From Chromera velia (Eukaryota): a stretch of 46,268 nt of DNA. A model generated the notes under the pieces. It saw nothing but the letters and a program-made list of their open reading frames with translations, did no database searches and was not told the origin of the DNA. The stretch's first letter is position 1. The number at the start of each line of letters is the position of its first letter. The stretch lies in NCBI GenBank assembly GCA_018398765.1, contig JAHBMJ010000489.1, positions 1-46,268 of the forward strand, written 5' to 3'. The position numbers were made by a program, and so were the translations under genes. Positions 10,396 to 23,014 of this stretch are shown here, in pieces.

Positions 10396-13149
10396 TCTGT
10401 CTTCCTTGCTTGTTTCTGCATTTCTTCTTTTCTTTTCCATCACCGTTTTACTACTCATTCGAAGCTAACAGATTGTTCTCTTATCAATAAATTGCTTTTG
10501 CAATATCATAGCTTGTTGCACCACCGATTACAAAATGCAGCTAGCACGTTGATGAAGATGGCCACCGAAGAATGGAGAGTTCTAGTGAGCCGGGCACCTC
10601 GCAGAGACAAGCTCCTGTTCGTGAAGAGTGCAAAAGTCAGCATAAGAAATGAGCACCCTACCCTTCATCGATCGATGACCTGTACATATTTTTTTCTTGC
10701 TTGTACGGCACACGTAGATGGTGGCCGCTGGTGACCGCAGGATTAATTGTAAAGCGAATGCATGCATGACTGCACAGACTGTAAATTGCACTCGCTACGT
10801 GATGCAAAAGGGTAGACAAGTGGATAACTTTTCTGGGGGACACGTTGGTGGCCATCTGGCCATGCTTTCTACATAGAGGGTCAACGCACATTGGCGTGCA
10901 TGACCAACTCGGGCTTATGCAAGGGGTGTTAGTCGGTTGATCTACATATAGGTCAAGTTCGACATGGGGTAAATGTGTTTGACTTCAGAAATGTTTGCTG
11001 GGACGGTGGCTTCGGAGGCGGCTGATTGCATGGGCGAAACAAAGTTTAAGTGAAGGGAGTGACCAAGCGAAAAAAGTTCTTGGTTGAGTCCGTCAGTATC
11101 TTTCAAGGAGCAGAATCGGCGTAGTGACAGTCGATGGAGTGTACTGATAAGTGGTTGAGCGTCTGTTAGAGTTGGAGAGAGCGGGTTGCTGTGTAAAGCT
11201 GGGTTGGTCGGGAGGAGGGAGAAGGTGCCTGCGTGTTGTCTAAATGTATGAGTAGATGCAAAGAAATGCATGATCGATCATTGAATGTACCATACCAGGC
11301 TTAGATTGTACTGGAAATGACTGTATGGGCTGGATTGAAGAGTGCTTGATTTCGAAATCAAGGTCATGCTCACTTTCTCTCCGTATCTGACAGTGCAGGG
11401 AAAGATAACTGCCATTAGGCGGAGATGCCCTAAGAGCCGCCACTCAAGAAGGTTGGTCTTCGTTTGACAATGTCGGCTCAGTCATGTAAAAGAAGACTTA
11501 GAAAGCTGCCCTTGTCATGCACCGAAAGAGAAGACAGCACAAGACATCCAATGATACCATTGGAAAGCTTTCTTTTCTTTCATCTGTGTGTGCATGCCAC
11601 CTTGACGGGAAACTACACAGACTTCTAAGACAGACTTATTGTAAAAAATGAAATGAAACGAATCAATCTCTTGTGAAAGGTAGCAAATCCCAAGGACGAC
11701 TCGAAGGTTTAGTGACAACAGAACCTTCCTTCGACGCCCTGCAATGCTCTTGACCGTCGAGTGTCTCTCACTGGTCATAGAAATCGTCGTGTGCCATGCC
11801 CCTTTCCTTTCTTTGTATTCTCACTTGATGATTTTGGGTGTCTGAAAGCCCTCATGCAGAAATCAATGACGGTACGAGCTCTGGGTGTCTGAAAGCCCAG
11901 CAGGAAGGGCATTATCAGAAAATGAGTACAGGATGCGATAAAAATACTGTGGTGTATGATTGTGTGCAGACAAGTAAGCGGAAGATGATTTATCTGCATG
12001 CATGTCACCAGATTCGCTACGTATCTCTTCCAAGAGCCTGACAATTTCCAGCTTCTGAAAATTGCGCTCTGACTGTCAAAAATTTGTCTCTTGGCTGAGA
12101 CACATTTCTCCATGCCTCCATCAGGACTTTATCTACCCCCTTGTGCTCTTGCCGTCCGTTGCCACAGTAAACCTTAGTTTGATTCTCGCGCTGTCACCTT
12201 GTGAAGATTTCCACTCCTAGACCTTCACCAGTGTCCTTTTTCAAGCATGAACGTTGAAAGCTCATATGCAGTTTTCTCAAGTTCTAGTCTCAAATTCAAG
12301 TGCCGCTTTAGTGTTGTTACTACGTCTGCAGGGCTTCAAATACATTTGAAATATTTGTTGAGAAGTGCGACGGAAAAGTGGACAGTCTGGAGGTCCACAA
12401 GTCGGACACAATCCACACGGTAAGCCTACACATGAAAAGATCTTCTTATGACTGCATGCTTGAAGCAGGCTCCCATGCTACATCGAGTTTTTATCTCACT
12501 AAGTGGAGGTGTCTGCAGAAAAAGGCATCTCTTCGGCAATACTGGTCAAGCACGGAATGGCTTCATGAAGATTTTAGGGTTCGGGTCTTCACAGTGAAGC
12601 TGTTGAATATTCTGGGTTACTTTTTATGCAACTTCCCGTTAAGTCAAATGTTTTTATTGACTCCGCCAGTCGACTTAGCTGTGTCAAACTGAAAATTGGA
12701 TTTAAGCAAACTGCGGAACATCTTTTTTTTTCGCTCTGCATTTGTATTGGGCTGCACATACTTTTTGGCTACATGTATCAGAGAGACCTTGGAGGGAAGT
12801 GGCCGGGAGAGGTGGGCCCTCTCTCGATCTCTCTGTACTTAATTGTCTAGCGATGCAACCCGCCCTGCATCTGTGTATCTCCCTGTGGATGTTGCGTGCA
12901 GGTGAGAAGAAAAGCGCTTTTAGGTGAGGAGTGGGCCGTCGTTTTTGAAGGGAAACCATTGTCTAGCCATGAGACGATCTCTCAACTGAAGATTGAGAAA
13001 GGAGTAGTTCTTCGGAGCTCAGCAAGGCTCCTTGGAGGAGGGAAGAAAAACAAAGATGCGAACAAAAATAGGTGAGTCAATGGCTTTACTGTGCTTCGCT
13101 ACACATGCAGTTTTTTTTTCTACTGTTCAAGGATGCCGTCATGCCTATG

Positions 13150-13375
13150 CTTGGCGTTGTCAGATAAAGAGGTTGAACGGAGTTACTTCATAAGATATCA
13201 TCGTTCTTCTCCTCCATACGCCAAATTTGTCCCTGTTCCAAGCGTTTTTTAATGAATTGTGCTCGGTCTTCAATATTCAATTTGTCGTCGCCTACAACAG
13301 ATTTGGCTTGAATTCACCCTTTCATTCAAACAAATCTTGCAGTTGAAATGTCTCTGTCTTGCTGCAGACTAAGTC
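13150..13375 (-). pseudogene. Degenerate RING-finger fragment, inverted paralog of the 13680-14330 pseudogene
   Basis: Minus strand reads RHFNCKICLNERVNS..(frameshift)..DDKLNIEDRAQFIKK..LSD, versus plus-strand GHFNCKSCLNG*VNS..KKFNIEVRARFIKE..LSD. Confidence 0.7.
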
Positions 13376-13679
13376 TGCATTTACATGGTTGTATGTTACG
13401 TAATTAATATTCATACATACCTAACCCACGTATACGTATACACCAGGTCTAATAACGATATAGAGGAGCAAGATCCAGTACGCTACCAAGGAGCATCTTT
13501 GACGGGACCTGGTGCCGCGGCACCAGGTCCTTTAGAGAGCCTCGGGGTCTCCTCAAAAGAAGAGAGGAAAGCGGCGCCGTATCCTTATATGAAACTGACA
13601 TTGCCAGCTCTCCCCACCACACATATACAACAAAATACAACGCACAAGACACCAAGCCCTCTTTCAGACAAGTCCACAG

Positions 13680-14330
13680 AGCTCTCTTGCTGTGTATGGG
13701 GTTGTAATGAAAAACAAAGTGAGACAGAGGGAGTCTGCTGCAGGGAGAAGGGCCATTTTAACTGTAAGTCTTGCTTAAATGGATAGGTGAACTCCAAAGC
13801 TGCTGTAGATTACAAGAAATTCAATATTGAAGTAAGGGCAAGGTTCATCAAAGAGAAGGGAAACATAAAATACATAGAAAATAAGTGTAATGAAACTCTT
13901 CCAAGTGATGTCGTTAAGGGTATTTTATCTGACGAGGTACACAAGAAACTTGTGATGGTAGAAAGAAGAGTAGAAGAAGTTGCCGAGACCAAAAAAGTTG
14001 AGGCAAGCAGGACGGCCAAGACAAAAAAAGATGACAGTCAGCCCAGTCAGCCAAATCATACACAAAGTTCCCAGAATGCAGACGAAATTGCCAATAACAT
14101 TATTAATAATATCATTGCTTTGTCATATATATCCGCACTGCTATGTCATGTTCACGGACTTTGAAATGTATACAGTGGTGACGTGTAATTCATGCAGCGA
14201 AGAGTTTTATGAGAATTCAAGAACGAAGCACTCAAGTAAAGACACCTTACAATATGCTCTGGAGCAGTGCACCCCGATGGAACCAGACTCCAACATTCTC
14301 CCGACATGCAGAGGTAGAAAGAGACCATGA
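13680..14330 (+). pseudogene. RBR-type (RING + IBR/RING2-like) E3 ubiquitin ligase pseudogene
   Basis: RING-like: CCVWGC..GVCCREKGHFNCKSCLNG*VNS..GNIK(Y)IENKC. Second finger after a frameshift near 14125: IINNII..(Y)PHCYVMFTDFEM(Y)TVVTCNSCSEEF(Y)EN, which matches the 'CPxC...FxDFxGC..xTC..C..xFC' pattern. In-frame TAG at 13784-13786. Confidence 0.65.
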
Positions 14331-15769
14331 ATGCCAGAAGAATTGAAGGCGTTAACAGAAGACTGCAAGAGATCTCGGATGCAGGTTTGAAAAAAACTGT
14401 TGTGAGACAGATATCCCCAGTTCTTTTCTTTTATGGCATCAAGAGCCTCAGAAAATGAACAGAACAAAAATACATTATCTTGCATTCATTTGCGTGTAGT
14501 TGTCTCCTTTCTTTGTTTGTTCTTTTTCTTGCTTTTTTGCTTGCTTGTTTGCTTTCTTGCTTCCTTGCTTTCATGCCTGCTTTCTTGCTTACTTGCTTTC
14601 TTCCCGCCTTTCTGTCTATTTTTCGGTCTGTCTGTCTGTCTCAGTAGTGTCATAATAATTATAAATTTTCATATATAGTATAGTGACTCTAAATTTTATA
14701 ATGATTATGGGAAGTCACTTAACTTTGGAAGCGCCGATTTCTCTAGAGATTTCTCACCAAAAAATTAGTTGCTGAAAAAACCGGGAAAAACCGTTTACTA
14801 TAAACAAGTCAATTGATTTGTTTCATAAAAACTAGCATAAAAATAAATCTTTTTGGCTGTAAAACTCCTTCAAATTCTTGTTTTTTTAAATAAGAACACC
14901 CATAATGATTATGAAGATTTTATAGTCACTATAATGATGTCCAATTATCAAACGACCTCCAAACATCTCCAAACATAAATTTTTGAATTAAAAGTTATAT
15001 AACCAATAAATTAAGTGAACCGAAAGTTTGATCCTAATCCAAAACGCTTTCTATCAGCCAATTCAGTTCCTAGTTTAGTTCGGTTCGATTAATAATATAT
15101 TTTTTATCCCTGTCTAAAAGGTTAGACTGACCGCCAATACTAGTAGTAGTATCCCAGGGAGGATTCTGGCCCAACTATATATGCCTAGTTATTTTTGCGT
15201 CCTCTTTTTAGTCAGTCCCCAAGGCCGAATAGGCTAGATTGGAGTTGGTGGGCATCATATCGGCATCAAAAAATGCCAAGTAATTTTGATCTGATTTTGA
15301 TTGGTCCTAAAGCCGTCAATGACAAGCAAAATTGCATAGGGTGCGTCTAAGCTGCGGCAGTAACTCTTTAGCTGATGTGAGCGGACGGCAGCTGAGACGG
15401 GAGCATACGCAGAGTTTTCTTAACGAGTCGAAATGAGTCTCACATTATCCTATATACATACTTAGACATATCATAGGGGCCAATGGGCTATGTAAAAATT
15501 CATTTGCGTGCCAGTGACATGCAAACAGGCTCTAAAGGGTGGGGAGGGTCTTTGCATACCAGCCTATGGGTGCCAGCAAGCATTTTTTCGGCATTCATCT
15601 CGGAAAAAAAAAAAGAAAATTAGACTCAAAACCAAATTAATTTTTTTTTTTTTGTAGAACAACACTTGAACAACTGTTGTTTGAGGTGTTGCATGGGTGT
15701 TGCAGAATGCACAAGTATTGTTTAGAAAGAAAAACAAAAAGAAAAAAAGAAAATTAAAAATCAATTTTA

Positions 15770-16440
15770 AGCAATTACTTTTTTTTTTTGTTTTATGTGG
15801 AGAGATGTGGGGAGCCTAGGTCTCACGGACAAACTGTAATTAGTTAATCTTGATTTTTGATCCCTATCCTTACCATATAAAAGCCACCAAATAGTTTTTA
15901 CATATATCATCTGGATCTGATGATCGAGACATCTAGTAGCATCTGGTTCTAAAGCTAGTTTCATGCTGTTTAAACCTGCTTGGGGTTCTGGGGTACCCCA
16001 GGCTTGCCGCAGGCAGCCCATGAGGTTAACCTCATCTATAGCTGCCTGGGGCTTTGTTGATAGCTGCATGCTTGGGGCACAAAACTTCATGCTGAGTATA
16101 CCAACCAGTCCGCAGCGGAGCACGCCAACTTTATACTGAGCACACAACTTCATACCAAGCTGCATTGCGATGAGGCTTTGCACGTACAAACTTTTTCTGG
16201 GCCTTGCGTGACCCTTAAAATAGAGCCAGTTGGGGACGTGTTATGTGTGCAGCGCGCTGGTGCATGTGCGCTTACGGCCCCCCCTATATTACCACGTAAC
16301 CAGCTGCCTGACGGCCACAGCCTAAGGGGCCCCAGGCGGTCCGCAAAGACCGCCTGGGGATGGTCGAAAGTAAGGCCCTGCCGGGGGTCAGCCCAGGTAG
16401 TCATTTTCCAGGTTTAGACAGGTTAAGACAACATGGCTAG
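15770..16440 (-). mobile_element. Possible decayed non-LTR retrotransposon 3' fragment ending in poly(A)
   Basis: GC-richer island with broken ORFs (16150-16404, 15767-16189) ending in an A-tail on the minus strand (T-run at ~15779-15794). There is only a loose resemblance to restriction-like endonuclease C-termini. Confidence 0.25.
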
Positions 16441-16787
16441 TTCTAAAGCACCAGCGGTCCAAAATGAGTGGAAGAGGCTTCGGTCGGAAAAATGGAAAGA
16501 ATAGAGAATATTAGTAAAAGTATAACAATCTTGCATACTGGGGGGGAGTGGGGTGCTTTTTGCCTCCCCCTCTGCATAGGAGACGGGCGCTTTTCTGCAA
16601 AAAACTCGTTCTCATAATTAGTAAGGAGTTAAAAGCTGAAACTTTGTGTAAGAAGACGTTGTAACGATGGAAAAAGAACTATGAAACAGATTTTTAATAT
16701 CATTTCTAGAAACATATATACCAAAGGGGGGGAAAAACCGCGCGCGCAGCGCGCGCTTTTTTAGTGTGCGCTCTGCGCGTACTACAA

Positions 16788-16890
16788 AGATCCCATCTCT
16801 CTGACTAAATTTCTGTATGAAGATCCCATCTTCATCACTTAAGATTTTATCAAGATCCCATCTCTATCACTAAAGATTTCACTCAGATCC
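16788..16890. repeat. 32-bp minisatellite, ~3 units (AAGATCCCATCTCCATCACTAAAGATTTCATC consensus)
   Basis: Same unit as the 19113-19495 array. Confidence 0.85.
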
Positions 16891-17227
16891 AAAAGAGAAT
16901 GACCAAATGATGGTCAAACGGAATACAGAGCTAGATCTCTATGATGGTGGAACTACTTCATGAAATAGTCTGTCCGTCAAAGCAGAATAGAACGAACAGC
17001 CGTAAGGCGTTCGATCAGCTAGTGCTGCACGAAATGAATCGATCTGAACTGGCTGGTACTGAATGCGTATAGCACAAAATCGTACAAAATCGAATGTACG
17101 CGCGGCAATCCCATCCCGGCCAGCATAGCGCTTCGGCACCGCACGGCACGGCCTGTACGCTTAGCTCGGTACGTGGGTCCAGAAGCAAGCATGGATACGC
17201 GGCAGGCTGGTACCTTATACTTCAACT
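16891..17227. repeat. ~335-bp dispersed direct repeat, copy 1
   Basis: Aligns along its length with 18781-19113 and contains a GTAA-loop hairpin followed by CTAG. Confidence 0.9.
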
Positions 17228-18780
17228 CCCCCCCTCGATTACGTTTCTATACAAAGAGAAAGAAACGGAAGCGAAACACCAGGGAAAGATAAAGATAAAA
17301 GGAATGAAATAGCCTTTTGGTCTGACTACCTGAGAGCCAATAAAATCTTTTCTTACTTTCACTTGCCTGCCGGTGTCGTTGATCGAAGAACATGCACAAA
17401 CGGAATGCAGAGAGGCAGAGGGCTAGACATCATAAGAACAAGGTAGAGGGCTAGATATCACAAGATCAGTTGACTCCGGTCTGCCACTTTAATAAGTCTA
17501 CCCATCTCCGGTCTGCCTCTTTCATCCTGCCTATCTGATGTCTTTGAAAAGATATGCTTCGTAACACCGGAAAAGTAACAGGGAAAGAAAGAATCGATAC
17601 AGTGGCTATGCAAAAAGATAGAGAACAAATCGCGCCTTGCATGTTTCTCCATCAAAGTTCAATCACATGCATAGTTTGCACTCACTGCCTAGTAACAAGA
17701 GAAAACAAACACTGCAAACCTTGCATTTGCAACTCAGCGGAGCGTCCTTATATCCCCCCCCATTCCAGTGTGCACACGGATGGATGTTGACTGGCAGAAG
17801 ACATGGAGACAGCCAAGTATGGATGAAAAAGTCATCAAGAATTCCCCCCCCTAAAGAGGCGCTTCCAAAACCTTGCCTTCCTCTATGATCCTTGGCGAGC
17901 AGACAAGCGAAGTCACAGTAGAAAAGCTGCAGCACTCTCAGCTCTTGGCGGCCCGGAAAGCAGCTGCGAGCAGATGGTGCACTGACGGCTCAGTGCGGTC
18001 CAGGCAGCAGCTGGTGGCAGCTGAGGTGAGGGCCACTCTCGGCAGAAATAGCCAGTGCATTGAACAAATAAATTGCAAATAAATTGCTTTGACCAATTTA
18101 ATGCAAACAATTATTGCAATAGTTGCAATTAATTGCCAATAATTGCTTATAAAACAAAAATTTAATTTTTCTAGGTGCTCTAGGGTGTTTAAAGGACTAT
18201 TAATAACATTTTTGTGTTTTTTATGCATATTTAATGTGATGTACAGTATTTTGATACTTATATAAATGAATTTAAAATCTTTGAAAGGAGTTATACTAAG
18301 TTATATAACTCATTACTAAGCTATTACTTGGTATTATTACTTGAAAGGGTTCAAATGGCGGCAATCATGCTACTGGCAGTCCTTGTCCACGTGCTCGATC
18401 TGGATGATGTTGTTGAGGAGAGAAGCCGAAAGAGCTTGGGGGAACAGTGGAGACTTAGTTTTTCATCGGGCGTCCACGTTAGAGTCTTCGATAAACGAAC
18501 ATCATCGTGTAACATGACGTCTCCCAGCAGAGACCTACAGGCACAGCAGTGGCTGCAGGTTGATCCATCCTCCACAGCTTCCAGATTAGAGGGAGAAAAC
18601 TTCCTGAAAACTTTCTCTTATTCCACCTCTGACTGGAATGGATGGCTTCCAAGCAGTGAAAAGGTGGAGCAAAAGATAGCTGAAGAGATGAGGAGACCTA
18701 GAAGGAGATGGAAATCATTGCGGTCGTTGACTGACCGAAACGGGACACAATCTAGGATACAATAGAGCATTGTCAACCGC

Positions 18781-19113
18781 AAAAGAGAATGACCAAAGAG
18801 ATGGCCATCGGGAATGCAGAGCTAGATCTCCATGATGGTGGAACTACTTCATGAAATAGTCTGTCCGTCAAGGCAAAATAGAACGAACAGCCGTAAGGCG
18901 TTCGATTAGCTAGTGCTGTACGAAGTGAATCGATCTGAACTGGCTGATGCTGAATGTGCATGGCACAAAATCGTACAAAATCGAATGCGCGTGCGGCAAT
19001 CCTATCCCGGCCAGCACAGTGCTTCAGCACCGCGCGGCACGGCCTGCACGCTCGGCCCGGTGGGTCCAGAAGCAAGCATGGATACGCAGCAGGCTGGTAC
19101 CTTATACTTTAAC
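18781..19113. repeat. ~335-bp dispersed direct repeat, copy 2
   Basis: Aligns with 16891-17227. Confidence 0.9.
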
Positions 19114-19495
19114 TAATCCTATCTCCATAACTAAAGATTTCATTAAGACCCCATCTTCATTACTAAAGATTTCATCAAGATCGCATCTCCATAACTAAAG
19201 ATTTCATCAAAATCCTATCTCCATCACTTAGATCATCACCTAGATTATCACTAAATATTTAATTAAGATCCCATCTTCATTACTGAAGATTTCACCAAGA
19301 TCCCATCTCCATCACCCTACAAATTTCATCAAAATCCTATCTTCATCACTTAATAAGATTTCATCAAGATGCCATCTCCATCACTAAAGATTTTATTAAG
19401 ATCGTATCTCTATCACTAAAGATTTTATCAAAATCCCATCTCTATCACTAAAGATTTTATTAAGATCTCATCTCCATCACTAAACATTTTATCGA
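19113..19495. repeat. 32-bp minisatellite, ~11-12 degenerate head-to-tail units
   Basis: Units AAGATCCCATCTCCATCACTAAAGATTTCATC abut directly, with no unique spacers. Confidence 0.9.
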
Positions 19496-20226
19496 AATTG
19501 CATCCTATTGATGAAAAATCATTCAAAAAACTGATTAAAAAAAAAAAAAAGCCTGCGGTGCTACCATTTTATAATGAAAACGTACAACTTTAAATCATTA
19601 GATACAAGATGGCATCTTTGAATTTTAAATGATGTTTATCTACACATGCGGCTCGATCGGATGGTCCCTGCTTTCAGCAGACGATACCACCCCTCCAGGT
19701 AGGACGTGCTCTGGTTGTATTCCCACACCGGAAACTCAACCCCCCTGTACTCTTCTGTAAAAGGCATACAGAGGAGGGAAGAGAAAGAGGAAGAAGGAGA
19801 AAAAAAAATTAAGCGCTCTGGCGAGGGGAAAACTGAAAAGCACTTGTCTCTGGCTGGAGACGATGTCAAAAGAGCAGAAACATGTCCACAGATTTTTTCA
19901 TTGATAGTTTGACGATCATGGTGGTAATGGTGGGAGGGGGGAGGAACGGGGGGAAGAATGTGGATCCATACATGTAGATGCCTGAGATGAGCGTGAGATG
20001 GGAGATGAGATGGCAGTATAAGATGGGAGGTGAGCCCCTATGCATCGTTGGGCATCACTTTCCGGGGCTACTCATGCACACGCGAGCGTGGAGTCGCGGG
20101 GGATCTGATGCAAGCAAGCTTGCGAACAATGCGAACGGCCCCGGAAAGTAAGAAAAATGAGAACTGCACGATTGACGTACGCCGCGGCGATGGACCGCCG
20201 ATGGTGTATGGTTATACCGACCCCCC

Positions 20227-20251
20227 NNNNNNNNNNNNNNNNNNNNNNNNN
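20227..20251. other. Assembly gap (25 N)
   Basis: Run of N. Confidence 1.
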
Positions 20252-20425
20252 TGCGGGAAAAAAGCATCCGCAGAACCCCCTCCCCCCCCGTGGGAGAAAA
20301 GCCCGGCCGGGGGTGAGCGGATCTGAAACCGGGTCCCATCTGACGCACGCATAGCGAAAATTCAGCCTTTCGGGGCCGGGTTAGACTAGCGTACGTGCAT
20401 ATGGGCTGGGGTATTTTTGTTTTGT

Positions 20426-20526
20426 AAGTGCCCCCCGCTTCGCTTTCCGGGGCCATTAAGTGCCCCCCGGGCGGAGAGCTCCGTGCGAACATGTTTCAAG
20501 CCTCGCTCCGCCCTCCGGGGCCATTA
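20426..20526 (+). promoter_or_regulatory. Candidate promoter of the DOT1-CW gene with repeated TCCGGGGCCATT / AAGTGCCCCCC motifs
   Basis: TCCGGGG(G)CCATTAA occurs twice (~20446, ~20514) and AAGTGCCCCCC twice (20426, 20458). Related motifs occur at ~20059, ~20137 (reverse) and ~20368. Confidence 0.4.
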
Positions 20527-20968
20527 ATACCCACAACATCCCACAACCCACCATAACCATCCATAACTCACCGTCATCTCACCGTCTCTCACATTTTCTC
20601 ACAACTGTCTATCGATCAGTTATCGATATATATATTTCTGTTCACTACGCACGTGCCTACAGGACTTCCTGCACCATCGTCTCTTGTCGGGACGTGTGTG
20701 TGCAAAATTGTTCTTTTGTTTCTTTTCCAGTCTCAAGCCACTCACTGGTGCAGGACTGAATTAAAACTCGTACCGAGCGAAAAGAAGGTCGGGTAGATCT
20801 GGGTGAACGGTTTGGCGGGTGTTCACTTCTTGAGATCTGCCTACTTTCCAGACCGCCTTCTTCGCTTCCAGCTGCCTTTTCTTCATTTTTTTGTCGGACT
20901 GGCCGAGGTTTTCTCCGGCATTGTACAGAGACGGGAAAGCTCCCGATTTTTTTGTTTGCCCTCTCAAA

Positions 20969-22972
20969 ATGGAAGTTGAGGCCACAAGTGCCTCTCTTCT
21001 CCAAGATGGTGTCCCGCAAGAATCGGATTTTGTGATAGCCCCCGATCCTCCCGCTTCCGAGGGACGACTGTCGTGTGAGAGTGGCATTGCCGATTATGCC
21101 GATGCTGTGCCTCACATAGTGGCGGGGGCATCTGCGCCCACATCGTACGAGTACTGGCCGTGGAGTGAAAAACTTTTCCTGGGAGAGTCACAGCAAGTGA
21201 TGACTTCAGACGCTGGAATGTATGGAGAGAACAAGCGTTCCTCTATGTCTGTCCTCGTTGCTCTCCTGAAGGAGAAACACCAGTTGAGAGAGGATTCAGT
21301 CTTCTGTGACATTGGAAGCGGTCGAGGCGTTCCGAGCATCACCTGCGCCACCTGGACAAACGTGGGTGCTTCTATTGGAGTGGAGATGGACGAGGGTTGC
21401 TTCCACCTCTCCCTGAAACACACACAAGACCTCCTCGTCCAGTGTGTCGAGCATCAAGCAGAAAGGGGGGAGAACCCCCTGACACAACCTCCTCCCTTGA
21501 ACATCGGCTTCCTCTTGGCCGACGCCACAACCCTGAAGACGTTCGACCCCGTCACCCACATGTTCTCTTTCGACCTCGCCATGCCTGGGTACATGATCGA
21601 TCTGTTCGTTGAGCTCTTCAACAAGAGCGAGACCTGCTTCATCTACATATCCTTCCGCAAGAACCTCACCAAGTTCTACTCCCTCAACGCCGACTTAGTC
21701 GATAAAGTCACCCTCAACATGCAGGGCTCAGGGGAGAAGCATTGTGCATTCGTGTATAGAAAGAGGGACTTCAAGGTCCCCTCCAAGCTCAAGAACCTTC
21801 AGGCAGAGGCCCTGAAGAAACGCTCTGTTGCAGCGGACAATTTTTGGTATCTAGTCAAGCAATCGTATCAGCCTACCGCCTCCCAACTGTGGGCTGTGCA
21901 GCAGAAGCTCCAGAGGTGGTTAGGCCACTCCAACAGCCGCCGAGACCCGCTCAAATCCAAAAGAAAGGCAGAGGTGATGTTTCGGCACAAGCTGCTCGAG
22001 TGGAAGTGCCACCGAGAAGAGCGTTTAGCTCACCGCCATTCACGCAAACACTCGAAGAAAAAGAGACAGGACGAAACGGGTGAGGGGGGCGAGAAGGGCA
22101 CCGCAGACGTAGACGAGGGGGCAATTGCCGATTCCGAAAGCCCCCCCTCTTCTGCCGCCCCCAAGTCCCAATCCCGATCCCGACAGCCAGCCGCAGCTGC
22201 TGCTGCTGCTGCCTCGTCGTCTCGGGGGGTTGGGAGGCCCCGGGGGAGTCAGCAGGGGCGTTCGCGTGGCCCCCGGTTCTCTGATGATGAGGATTCCGAA
22301 TGCTCTGACATGTACAGAGATGAGAACGGAGATTTCACGCATGAGCGATACAGAAAGCGGCTGGCTGAACTTCGTATGTTGCGTGAGGAAGCGAAGAAGG
22401 AGAGGGAGGAGATACGAGAGAAGAGACAAGCCCGAAGGGCCCTGAGGGAGGAGAAAAAGGGGGGTAGAAAGAACAGTACAAAGAGAAAGGAAAAGAAGGG
22501 AAAGCCCTCTCTGAAGAAGGGGGTAAAGGGGGTGCAAGAAGAAAAGAAAGAGAAGAAGGAGAGAGGCCCCTCTCTCATCATGGGGATGATCCAGAACAAG
22601 AGGCGATGGGTTCACACAAAGGTCAGTCAGTCGGTCAGGCAGTCGATGAATAGGTTCGTTCTCAGCATTGTTTGCCTGATTGTCTCGCTGTCTATCTGTC
22701 TGTCTGCCTACGTCTCTTTGTTTCTTTTATCTACCTTTCACCTTGAAGGGCAAACACTGAAAAGGAACAGTTGGCGAAACGAAGGAGTTAGACTGCCGGC
22801 TTTTCTGTCTCTTTGTTTGATTGTCACTCTGCCTCTTTCTGCCCCAGGTTTTGCTCCTTTGGCTTTAGCATGGCTCTCATCCTTTTGTCTGGAGTGCGTG
22901 AGCGGACAGGTCAATGCGTGTTTGCATACGGAGGATCCGAGAACGCACAGAGACCAGTGCTTCTCTGTCCGG

Positions 22973-23014
<42 letters not shown>

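Noticed and set aside
10500..13100. Continuation of a long minus-strand gene downstream of the inverted RING copy
   Set aside because: The sequence looks coding-derived in places but is full of stops and frameshifts, and no domain could be recognised.
15200..15420. Minus-strand AYAPV...ILLVIDGF as an APE endonuclease or pogo DDE fragment
   Set aside because: Too short and ambiguous to support either family.
16300..16400. Hammerhead ribozyme around the GC hairpin
   Set aside because: GAAA follows the stem, but the core reads CTAAGGG rather than CTGANGA, and stems I and III could not be formed.
19113..19495. 32-bp repeats as a CRISPR array
   Set aside because: Units are head-to-tail and degenerate with no unique spacers, there are no cas genes, and the context is eukaryotic.
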